Assembly: GCA_903920975.1 (NCBI GenBank)
Contig: CAIXNZ010000023.1
Span: forward strand, 1 to 52,105
Length of the DNA stretch: 52,105 nucleotides
Direction of reading: 5' to 3'
From: Candidatus Falkowbacteria bacterium
Lineage (GTDB): Bacteria; Patescibacteriota; Patescibacteriia; CAIXNZ01
Below are positions 9,489-16,651 of this stretch, piece by piece. Each line of letters starts with the position of its first letter. Position 1 is the first letter of the stretch. A program made the translations under genes and the position numbers. The notes under the pieces are model-generated. The model worked only from the letters and a program-made list of their open reading frames with translations. It was not told where the DNA came from and did no database searches.

Positions 9489-10189
9489 CAGGTCCAAAAA
9501 GTTTAGCAGAATTATTCGCTGACGCCGGAGCCATTGTCACTGGCAGTCATATGGTTTACACGCCAAAAGAAGGTGGCTGGTTCCATGGCAGCGAATATGT
9601 CAACAAGGACATGATTTCCAAGCATCCGTTTCTCTTAAGCACGTGCGCGAGAGAAATGGTCAACCGAACAGTCGGCGTGCTCTACGATGTTGTGGCCGCG
9701 CCAGCTGTTGGTGCTATCTTCTGGGGAGGGCTTTTGGCCCTAGCGCGTTCTGAGTTTCTCAAAGACAGAGAAATTCTGGCGCTTTATGCGGAAAAAGAAT
9801 ACCCCAACCCCGAAGACAAGTCGCAATTCATCTTTACTTTCCGCAAGCCTTATCAGGCGGACATCAAAGGCAAAAGGATCCTCATCGCCGAGGACGTGGC
9901 CAATTCCGGTATGTCAGCCAAGAAAATGATCGAGGCCGTGGAAAAAGTCGGAGGAATTGTCCAGGGCGTGGCAGCTATCTGCAACCGTTCTGGCCAAAAG
10001 GTGCGCGACTTTTTACAGCCGCATACGCTTTACCCGCTCATTGATGTGAGCATGAAAATGTGGCACGAATCCGAATGCCCCCTTTGCAAACAAGGGGTAC
10101 CCATTAATATGACACTGGGCAAAGCCAAGGATTGGATGGCGACATCTGACCTGGGCAAGGCCTGGAAAATCAAGTACAATATTCAATAA
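9485..10189 (+). CDS. pyrE: type I phosphoribosyltransferase, putative orotate phosphoribosyltransferase
   Basis: PRPP-binding motif ILIAEDVANSGMS and operon position after pyrF. The start is placed at the ATGA overlap with the pyrF stop (ATG 9485), not at 9419. Longer than canonical PyrE and has a C-terminal CPLC, so the function is less certain. Confidence 0.65.
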   Translation: MTGPKSLAELFADAGAIVTGSHMVYTPKEGGWFHGSEYVNKDMISKHPFLLSTCAREMVNRTVGVLYDVVAAPAVGAIFWGGLLALARSEFLKDREILALYAEKEYPNPEDKSQFIFTFRKPYQADIKGKRILIAEDVANSGMSAKKMIEAVEKVGGIVQGVAAICNRSGQKVRDFLQPHTLYPLIDVSMKMWHESECPLCKQGVPINMTLGKAKDWMATSDLGKAWKIKYNIQ

Positions 10190-10195
10190 CACTTA

Positions 10196-10228
10196 AGCCC
10201 CGAACCAAAAAGGTTCGGGGCTTTTTCT
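10196..10228 (+). terminator. pyr operon intrinsic terminator
   Basis: 11-bp stem agccccgaacc / ggttcggggct followed by TTTTT. Confidence 0.8.
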
Positions 10229-10260
10229 ATACGCGCCGAAGTTTCAACGAAGGCGGGTTC

Positions 10261-10288
10261 TTGACTATTTTTTTATAATTGCTAAAAT
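10261..10288 (+). promoter_or_regulatory. promoter of the aspS leader
   Basis: TTGACT, 16-nt spacer, then TAAAAT. Confidence 0.55.
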
Positions 10289-10295
10289 ATAATTA

Positions 10296-10500
10296 CCTAA
10301 AGCCGTTTAAGCTTAGCCAACACTAAGCAATGGTCCAAGAAGAAACCTTCGGGGAGTAGAACTTGGCGTGAGTCTGCGTTAAGGACAAAATCAAGTTGTT
10401 CCGGTTAATCCGGAGAACTAAGGTGGCACCGCGAAGAAAAAACTTCGTCCTTAGATCTATTTCGATATTATTTGAAATGGATTTTGAGACGAAGTTTTTT
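10296..10500 (+). promoter_or_regulatory. T-box riboswitch leader (tRNA-Asp specific) with terminator
   Basis: T-box core AACUAAGGUGGCACCGCG at 10416-10433, one mismatch to AANNNGGGUGGNACCGCG. UGGC would pair with a G73-CCA acceptor end, as in tRNA-Asp. GAC followed by A at 10384-10387 is the candidate specifier. GGGAGUAGAA / CUUGGCGUGAG resemble the Stem I AG-bulge and distal loop. A 13-bp terminator (10437-10449 / 10488-10500) ends in UUUUUU. Located directly upstream of aspS. Confidence 0.8.
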
Positions 10501-10511
10501 ATTAATGAGAA

Positions 10512-10584
10512 CTGAACCACTAAAATATTTTCACGAAAAGCACGAAATTTTAGTGTATTTCGTGGTTAAAATTTCGTGGTTCAG
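10512..10584 (+). promoter_or_regulatory. second structured element between the T-box terminator and the aspS start
   Basis: ctgaaccac (10512-10520) pairs with gtggttcag (10576-10584). Inside are two copies of cacgaaa and two of tttcgtgg that allow alternative pairings. The element ends 14 nt before the ATG, and no SD is visible. Confidence 0.35.
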
Positions 10585-10598
10585 ATAACAATAAATCT

Positions 10599-12368
10599 AT
10601 GATGAGAACAAATACTTGCGGTGATTTAACCAAAAAACAAGTCGGAAAAAAAGTCATTTTATGCGGCTGGGTGAATACCAGACGCGACCATGGCGGCGTT
10701 ATTTTTATTGATTTAAGAGACCGTTATGGCTTAACTCAAATTAAATTTGATCCGAAAATTTCTCAAGAAGCCTGGAATGAAGCTAATAAGGTTCGTGATG
10801 AGTGGGTTTTACAAGTTTCCGGAGAGGTTTTAGCGCGACCCAAAGACATGATTAATAAGAACTTAAAAACCGGTGAGGTTGAAGTAGCCATCAAAGAAAT
10901 TGTAATTTTAAATACCTCTAAGACACCGCCCTTTGAAATTAGCCAGGAAAAGGGAGTAAATGAAGACTTGAGATTAAAATATAGGTTTTTGGATTTGCGA
11001 CATCCTCGTTTGCAAAAAATTATAGAAGATAGAGATAAACTCATCTCTTATGTCCGTGAATATTTCCATAAACTTGATTTTATTGAGATACAAACTCCAA
11101 TTTTAGCCAATTCCTCTCCAGAAGGAGCTCGCGATTATTTAGTGCCTTCAAGATTACATCCTGGCAAATTTTATGCTTTGCCGCAGGCGCCTCAGCAATT
11201 TAAACAGCTCTTAATGATTGCAGGCATGGATCGTTATTTTCAAATCGCGCCTTGCTTTCGCGATGAAGATCCGCGCAATGACAGACATCCTGGTGATTTT
11301 TATCAAATTGATTTGGAAATGTCTTTTCCGACCCAGGAGGATGTTTGGGGAGTTGTTGAACCGTTAATGATTGAGCTGACTGAAAAATTTTCAGATAAAA
11401 AAGTTTTAAAGAAACCTTTCCCCAAGGTTACATATAAAGAATGTTTGGAAAAATACGGTTCTGACAAACCGGATTTGCGCTTTGATTTTGAAATTATGCC
11501 AGTAACTAAAATCGTTAAGGGCAGTGATTTTGTGGTTTTTAACGAAGTAATTGATAATGGCGGTGTTGTCCATGCTTTAAAAATTGATGGCGGCGCCAAA
11601 TTTTCCCGCAAAGAAATCGATGAGTTAACTGGAATTGCCTTATCAAGAGGAGCTAAGGGTTTGGCCTACATAACGTTAAAAGAAAAAGGAGAAATGCAAT
11701 CGCCAATCATTAAATTTTTAGGCGAAGATATTGCCAAAAAAATAGTTAAGGAAGTTGACGCAAAAACTGGCGATATAATTTTCTTTGGCGCTGATAATTG
11801 GAAAACTGTTTGCGCGGCTTTGGGCGCAGTGCGTGATGAATGCGGCAAACGCCTTGGTTTAAAAGATCCAAAAAAGGCAGCTTGGCTTTGGGTGACAGAT
11901 TTTCCCATGTACGAGTTCAATGAAGAATTAAGAAGGATTGATTTTTCGCACAATCCCTTTTCCATGCCACAGGGCGGTATGGATGCGCTTGAACAAAAAG
12001 ATCCTCTAGACATTTTGGCGTTCCAATATGATTTAGTTTGCAATGGATATGAAATTTCCAGTGGCGCCATTAGAAATCATGAGCCGAGAATAATGTACAA
12101 AGCATTTAATATTGCAGGTTATGCCAAGGAAGAAGTTGATGCTAAATTTGGCCACATGATTAAGGCTTTTGAATACGGAGCACCACCGCATGGAGGCATT
12201 GCGCCGGGTCTGGATAGGCTTTTAATGGTTTTGTGGGAATGCCCAAGTATTCGCGATATTTATGCTTTTCCAAAGAATGGTCAGGCTCAGGATGTTATGA
12301 CGGGAGCGCCAAGTGAAGTGACTGAAAGGCAGTTGAAAGATTTACACATCAAGTTGGATTTAGAATAA
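10599..12368 (+). CDS. aspS: aspartate--tRNA ligase
   Basis: 589 aa bacterial-type class IIb synthetase with motif 2 (FRDEDPRNDRHPGDFYQID) and motif 3 (GGIAPGLDRL). Confidence 0.95.
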   Translation: MMRTNTCGDLTKKQVGKKVILCGWVNTRRDHGGVIFIDLRDRYGLTQIKFDPKISQEAWNEANKVRDEWVLQVSGEVLARPKDMINKNLKTGEVEVAIKEIVILNTSKTPPFEISQEKGVNEDLRLKYRFLDLRHPRLQKIIEDRDKLISYVREYFHKLDFIEIQTPILANSSPEGARDYLVPSRLHPGKFYALPQAPQQFKQLLMIAGMDRYFQIAPCFRDEDPRNDRHPGDFYQIDLEMSFPTQEDVWGVVEPLMIELTEKFSDKKVLKKPFPKVTYKECLEKYGSDKPDLRFDFEIMPVTKIVKGSDFVVFNEVIDNGGVVHALKIDGGAKFSRKEIDELTGIALSRGAKGLAYITLKEKGEMQSPIIKFLGEDIAKKIVKEVDAKTGDIIFFGADNWKTVCAALGAVRDECGKRLGLKDPKKAAWLWVTDFPMYEFNEELRRIDFSHNPFSMPQGGMDALEQKDPLDILAFQYDLVCNGYEISSGAIRNHEPRIMYKAFNIAGYAKEEVDAKFGHMIKAFEYGAPPHGGIAPGLDRLLMVLWECPSIRDIYAFPKNGQAQDVMTGAPSEVTERQLKDLHIKLDLE

Positions 12369-12378
12369 TTATTTTAAA

Positions 12379-12408
12379 AAACTACTCGGTTTTGCCGGGT
12401 AGTTTTTT
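12379..12408 (+). terminator. aspS intrinsic terminator
   Basis: Stem actactcgg / ccgggtagt (one G-U) followed by TTTTTT. Confidence 0.7.
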
Positions 12409-12409
12409 A

Positions 12410-12438
12410 TTGACAAAATTATGTATTTATGATAGGTT
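12410..12438 (+). promoter_or_regulatory. promoter of the HTH/GIY-YIG gene
   Basis: TTGACA, 17-nt spacer, then TGaTAGGTT. Confidence 0.55.
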
Positions 12439-12482
12439 TATTAATCGTTTATAATAAAAAGTTCTTTAAAAAAGGAGGAACG

Positions 12483-13073
12483 ATGGCTAATAAAATATCG
12501 GTGACGATAACAAATTTAACACTAAGTAAAGTGCTTCCTCAATTCCTAACTGCTGATGAGATATCAAAAAGGTGCGGCATGTCCAAAGAAAGGATTATTC
12601 AGCTCGCTGAAGCAGATATAATTCCTCATGCTAGAATAGACAATGGTCCGCCGCTTTTTTTGATCACGCCCACGATGGAGTGGATAAAGGAAAATGCTCT
12701 TCACGTGCAAGATGGACAAAAACTTCCCATAAATCTGGTAACGGTAGTAAATAAAAAGCCGGATTTCAGCGAGGTCCCAGAAGAATTGAAGGGTATAGTC
12801 GATAAGTTGAGAAAGATCGATATACTGGCTTATCCCCCGTGTATTTATTTTTTAATTCGTGAGCATAAGGTTGTCTATGTGGGACAAACAACTAGTCTCG
12901 CGAGTAGAATACAATCACATCTAAACGATAAGGTATTTGACGATGTTCTTTATTTGCCTATACCCAGAGATAATTTAGACGAAGTCGAAAGGCAATTCAT
13001 TATCTCTTTAAGGCCTGAATATAATAATGAGGGATTTGCAAAAAAAGCCAAAAGGGAGGCGGCTGAAAAATAA
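12483..13073 (+). CDS. hypothetical protein with an N-terminal excisionase/MerR-like HTH and a C-terminal GIY-YIG nuclease-like domain
   Basis: Start at ATG 12483, behind AAGGAGG; the 12429 start in the ORF track lies inside the -10 box. C-terminus: CIYFLIREHKVVYVGQT...R...H...E...EYN, which is the GIY-(10)-YVG, Arg, Glu, Asn spacing of GIY-YIG. N-terminus: LTADEISKRCGMSKERIIQLAEADIIPH, HTH-like. Confidence 0.6.
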   Translation: MANKISVTITNLTLSKVLPQFLTADEISKRCGMSKERIIQLAEADIIPHARIDNGPPLFLITPTMEWIKENALHVQDGQKLPINLVTVVNKKPDFSEVPEELKGIVDKLRKIDILAYPPCIYFLIREHKVVYVGQTTSLASRIQSHLNDKVFDDVLYLPIPRDNLDEVERQFIISLRPEYNNEGFAKKAKREAAEK

Positions 13074-13079
13074 GACAAA

Positions 13080-13105
13080 CTGCTCACGCAAGTGGGCAGT
13101 TTTTT
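13080..13105 (+). terminator. intrinsic terminator
   Basis: Stem ctgctcac / gtgggcag (one G-U) followed by TTTTT. Confidence 0.65.
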
Positions 13106-13107
13106 AT

Positions 13108-13136
13108 TTGACAGTCTTTTTATGCTGGCATAAGAT
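13108..13136 (+). promoter_or_regulatory. promoter of the 88-aa ORF
   Basis: TTGACA, 17-nt spacer, then TAAGAT. Confidence 0.5.
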
Positions 13137-13170
13137 ATTATTAGTTCTTTCTTCAAAAAGGAGGTGTAAC

Positions 13171-13437
13171 GTGGGACAAGAAGTCAGGTCTAGTGAAATG
13201 CATGAAGAATGCACCCGCATGCGCGATTTGTTAGTTGTGCAAAAGCAGATTATTGAGCGACACATTGATGAGCACAAATGGTTCCAGCATATTCCTGAAA
13301 AAGATGAAGCAATATCGGATTTTCTTCAAAAATTTGGTTGGATTATGAGGGAACTAATTTGTGGCTACATTTGTCCGGAGCGTTTTAACTGCAAAATCGC
13401 TCAAAAATATCTGCCTCCAAAGCCCGACCCTAAGTAG
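13171..13437 (+). CDS. small hypothetical protein (88 aa, Cys/His/Trp-containing)
   Basis: GTG start 6 nt after AAGGAGG, with an alternative ATG at 13198. Has its own promoter and terminator. I recognise no family. Confidence 0.5.
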   Translation: MGQEVRSSEMHEECTRMRDLLVVQKQIIERHIDEHKWFQHIPEKDEAISDFLQKFGWIMRELICGYICPERFNCKIAQKYLPPKPDPK

Positions 13438-13452
13438 GGTCGGTTTTTTTTG
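13423..13452 (+). terminator. intrinsic terminator with the stop codon in the loop
   Basis: Stem cccgaccct / agggtcgg followed by TTTTTTTT. The TAG stop at 13435-13437 lies in the loop. Confidence 0.75.
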
Positions 13453-13496
13453 ATCTTGTCTAATAACTAAAAATAAGCTAAAATTATAAGGTAATT

Positions 13497-13799
13497 ATGC
13501 GTTTATCTAAGCTGCAAAAATATATAATTTTGCAGGGTTTTGATGCAAAAAATAAGCTTGACCGTAAGGGATTGCTTAGCTTTTACAATGTCGGTAAAAA
13601 GAAACCCAGTAAAGAAATAATAGTTAATTCTATTACCAATAGCATTGAGAGATTGATAAAAAGGGGTTTATTGGTTGGCTTCGGCGAAATGACCAAAGAA
13701 AAAATATACATTCAAAAGATACGGCTCACAGCAATTGGTAAAAAAGTCGGAAAGAAATTACTTGGCGAACAAAAAAGATTACCTTTAAATATTAAATAA
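13497..13799 (+). CDS. small basic hypothetical protein, possibly winged-helix DNA-binding
   Basis: 100-aa Lys-rich ORF. The MRLSKLQKYIIL... opening and ..SIERLIKRGLLV.. resemble small wHTH regulators. This is a weak call. Confidence 0.45.
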   Translation: MRLSKLQKYIILQGFDAKNKLDRKGLLSFYNVGKKKPSKEIIVNSITNSIERLIKRGLLVGFGEMTKEKIYIQKIRLTAIGKKVGKKLLGEQKRLPLNIK

Positions 13800-13813
13800 C
13801 TAATTAAAAAAAT

Positions 13814-14395
13814 ATGGCAGTGCCAAAAGAGATAAAAAAATATTTAGACAAAAAAGGCGCTAAGTACGCGATCGTTACTCATCGCAAGGTTTATACTGCT
13901 TATGACGCAGCAAACACTTTGCGAAGAAAATTGAACGAAATCGCTAAGAATTTATTAATTAAAACTGACAAGGGCTATGTCGTGGTTTTATTGCCCGCTT
14001 CAAAAAGATTAGATTTGGGCGCATTAAAGAAACTGATGAATGCAAAGGGCATGGGCATAAAGAAAATTGAAATTCCCAATGAAGGCGTAATGGTAAGGCT
14101 TTTGAAAATTAAACCAGGTGCTCTGCCAGCCTTTGGTACATATCATGATTTGCAGGTTTATATGGATAAGGAATTGCGCAAGGTTAAGAAAGCAATTTTT
14201 CCGACAGGTAGCTTTACTGACAGCGTGGAAATGGCAGTCAAAGAATTCGAAAGGCTTGAACAGCCGGTTATTGGTGCTTTTTCTGAAGCTAAAAAATTTG
14301 TTAAACCAATGCAAAAAAAAGTAAAAAAAATTGTAAAGAAGGCAGTTAAAAAAACCAAGAAAGCTATTAAGAAAGCCAAGAAAAGAAGAAAATAA
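13814..14395 (+). CDS. YbaK/ProRS-associated (aminoacyl-tRNA deacylase-like) domain protein with a polylysine C-terminal tail
   Basis: The N-terminal ~150 aa resemble the YbaK/EbsC fold by eye (YAIVTH..., KNLLIKTDKGYVVVLLPASKRLDL..L). The last ~35 aa are KKVKKIVKKAVKKTKKAIKKAKKRRK. The stop abuts the scpA start. Confidence 0.55.
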   Translation: MAVPKEIKKYLDKKGAKYAIVTHRKVYTAYDAANTLRRKLNEIAKNLLIKTDKGYVVVLLPASKRLDLGALKKLMNAKGMGIKKIEIPNEGVMVRLLKIKPGALPAFGTYHDLQVYMDKELRKVKKAIFPTGSFTDSVEMAVKEFERLEQPVIGAFSEAKKFVKPMQKKVKKIVKKAVKKTKKAIKKAKKRRK

Positions 14396-15106
14396 ATGGA
14401 TATATATAAAGTACAACTTGAGGATTGGCAAGGTCCGCTTGATCTGCTCTTAACATTAATTGAAGGTCAGCAGCTGGATATTACAAAAATCTCTTTGGCT
14501 CAGGTTGCCGAACAGTTTATTGAATATATGAATCAGCATCCAAACCTGAGCCCAGAGCAAACCGCTGATTTTCTGGTGGTGGCGGCAAAATTGATTTATA
14601 TCAAATCAAAAGCGCTTTTGCCAACATTGGATATAGAAGAGGAAGAAGAATATGATCTTGAAAAGCAATTAAAAATGTACAAGTTGTATTTGGAGGCGTC
14701 CAAGGGCATGCAGAAAATTTTACGCAAGAAAAAATTTGCTTTTTCGCGTGAAAAATTGCCCACTGAAGCCTTGCCGCAGGGTTTTTATGCGCCAAAAGGA
14801 ATCAATATAGCAAAACTAAAAAAATATTTCGAATCTGTCCTAAAGCGTTTGCCTCCGGTTATAAATTTGCCCAAGAAAATGATTGAGAAGGTCGTCAAAC
14901 TTTCTGAACGGATTCAGCATATTAAAGATTTAGTGCTGAGAGAAGCTTGCACTAGTTTCAATAAATTAATTTGCGATTCCAAGACAAAGACAGAAAAAAT
15001 AATTTCTTTTTTAGCTATTTTGGAACTAGTGAAGCAGAAAACAATCTGGGTGGAACAAAATAAGCTTTTTGAAGACATTACGCTAAAAAAAGCCGAAATA
15101 AAATAA
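14396..15106 (+). CDS. scpA: segregation and condensation protein A
   Basis: N-terminal ...QGPLDLLLTLIE..QLDI..ISLAQV..QF motif, followed by scpB. Confidence 0.85.
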   Translation: MDIYKVQLEDWQGPLDLLLTLIEGQQLDITKISLAQVAEQFIEYMNQHPNLSPEQTADFLVVAAKLIYIKSKALLPTLDIEEEEEYDLEKQLKMYKLYLEASKGMQKILRKKKFAFSREKLPTEALPQGFYAPKGINIAKLKKYFESVLKRLPPVINLPKKMIEKVVKLSERIQHIKDLVLREACTSFNKLICDSKTKTEKIISFLAILELVKQKTIWVEQNKLFEDITLKKAEIK

Positions 15107-15121
15107 TTAAATATAAATACC

Positions 15122-15694
15122 ATGTCGCTGAAATCAAAAATCGAATCTCTATTATTTATTAGCAATCATCCGTTATCTTTGAATAAACTCGCAGAATTAT
15201 GCGGAGCCACTAAAGATGAGGTAACAAAGGAGCTAGATATTTTATTTGCCGAATATGATGCCAAAGAAAAGGGTATTAATATCCAGAAAATCAGCACAAA
15301 TTATCAAATGATTACTAATTCTGAAAACGGCAAATTAGTAGGCGATTTTCTCAAAGAAGAAGTAACTGGCGAATTAACTCCTGCTTCGTTAGAAACTTTA
15401 ACCGTGATTGCTTATCGCGGACCCATAACCAGAACAGAATTGGAATTGATTCGCGGAGTTAACTGCTCGATTATTTTGAGAAATTTAATGATGCGCGGTT
15501 TGATTGAAGAAATTGAAGACAAAGAGCAAATGGTCAGCAAATATCAAATTACTTTTGATTTTATGAAACATTTAGGCATTAATGAAGCCACGCAACTGCC
15601 AGATTTTGCTAAATTAAATAGCAACGAGGCTTTGGAACAAATTTTAAATCAAGAAAAATCTTTAGATAAGGAAATCGAAGAAAATAAGGTTTAA
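15122..15694 (+). CDS. scpB: segregation and condensation protein B
   Basis: IESLLFIS..PLSL..L, a tandem winged-helix pattern, and a position after scpA. Confidence 0.85.
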   Translation: MSLKSKIESLLFISNHPLSLNKLAELCGATKDEVTKELDILFAEYDAKEKGINIQKISTNYQMITNSENGKLVGDFLKEEVTGELTPASLETLTVIAYRGPITRTELELIRGVNCSIILRNLMMRGLIEEIEDKEQMVSKYQITFDFMKHLGINEATQLPDFAKLNSNEALEQILNQEKSLDKEIEENKV

Positions 15695-15700
15695 TTTAAT

Positions 15701-15725
15701 AAAAATCCCATGCCAAGGGATTTTT
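15701..15725 (+). terminator. hairpin after scpB (possible terminator/attenuator)
   Basis: aaaaatccc / gggattttt stem whose loop (atgccaa) contains the first ATG of the next ORF. Confidence 0.35.
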
Positions 15726-16648
15726 ATCTTTATATGCTGTTAAACATTTTGTTAAGTATATTTATCATACCAAGTTTGGGCGCAAACTATTTTAATTTTG
15801 ACGGTTTTTTGAATATGCAAAATTCAAATGTGGCCGTGAGTGTGGAACAACAGGCGCCCAAAAGGATTTATACTGATTATTTGGATGTTAAAATTAGCGC
15901 GCAGAGCGCCCTAGCAGTTGACGTGAAAAGCGGTAAGGTTTTGTATAAAAAAAATCATGATGATTTGCGATCGATTGGCAGTATCACAAAATTAATGTCA
16001 GCCTTGGTTTTTTTGGATCAAAATCCTAATTGGCAGAATAATTTTTCCATCAAGGAAACTGATCGTCGCAGTGGTAATATAATTTATATTAATATCGGAG
16101 AGATTTTAACCATTAAGGATTTATTTTACGAAGGACTGGTTGTTTCTGATAACGATGCTATTATGGCGCTGGTTCGCTCGACTGGCCTGACTGAAACTGA
16201 ATTTGTAAGATTGATGAATCAAAAGGCAGATGAGATGGGACTCAAAAATACAAAGTTTACAGATCCTACTGGCCTGGACTTTGGCAATAAATCAACAGCC
16301 AGTGATTTGGCCAGATTTTTAAATATTGCCCTAGAAAATCCTGCCATTGCCAAAGCAACAAGCATGACTGATTACGAATTTGATGTAAGCTGGGAACAAA
16401 ATAGCAAAGAAAAAACCAGAACGATAAAAGTAAAAAATACTGACTTGCTTTTAAAAAGTTATCTTAAGGTGATGGGAGGCAAAACTGGCCATTTGGAAGA
16501 GGCGGGCTATTGTGTTGCTACAAAAATTAAAGGCGAAGCAGAGCAGGAAATAATTGTTATTGTTTTGGGAAGTGACAGTAATTTTAATCGTTTTCAGGAT
16601 GTAAAAGCAATCACGGATTGGGTTTTTGCTAATTATCAATGGCAATAA
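15710..16648 (+). CDS. D-alanyl-D-alanine carboxypeptidase (serine-type, PBP5/6 family)
   Basis: SxxK (SITK), SxN (SDN) and KTG (GKTGH) motifs in the correct order. An alternative start at ATG 15734 would give a clean signal peptide (MLLNILLSIFIIPSLGA) and avoid the hairpin. Confidence 0.85.
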   Translation: MPRDFYLYMLLNILLSIFIIPSLGANYFNFDGFLNMQNSNVAVSVEQQAPKRIYTDYLDVKISAQSALAVDVKSGKVLYKKNHDDLRSIGSITKLMSALVFLDQNPNWQNNFSIKETDRRSGNIIYINIGEILTIKDLFYEGLVVSDNDAIMALVRSTGLTETEFVRLMNQKADEMGLKNTKFTDPTGLDFGNKSTASDLARFLNIALENPAIAKATSMTDYEFDVSWEQNSKEKTRTIKVKNTDLLLKSYLKVMGGKTGHLEEAGYCVATKIKGEAEQEIIVIVLGSDSNFNRFQDVKAITDWVFANYQWQ

Positions 16649-16651
16649 TAT

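Noticed and set aside
10229-10260. cgcgccgaagtttcaacgaaggcggg contains GCCGAAG, the same heptamer as the tRNA-Leu-like acceptor.
   Set aside because: There is no surrounding tRNA-like structure and only a 4-bp potential stem. It is most likely coincidence.
6987-13170. Longer upstream starts given by the ORF track for pyrK (6987 TTG), pyrE-like (9419), the GIY-YIG gene (12429) and the 88-aa ORF (13027).
   Set aside because: In each case a downstream start sits at canonical distance from an AGGAGG box or at an ATGA stop/start overlap. The upstream extension would run through a promoter, a terminator or the preceding gene.
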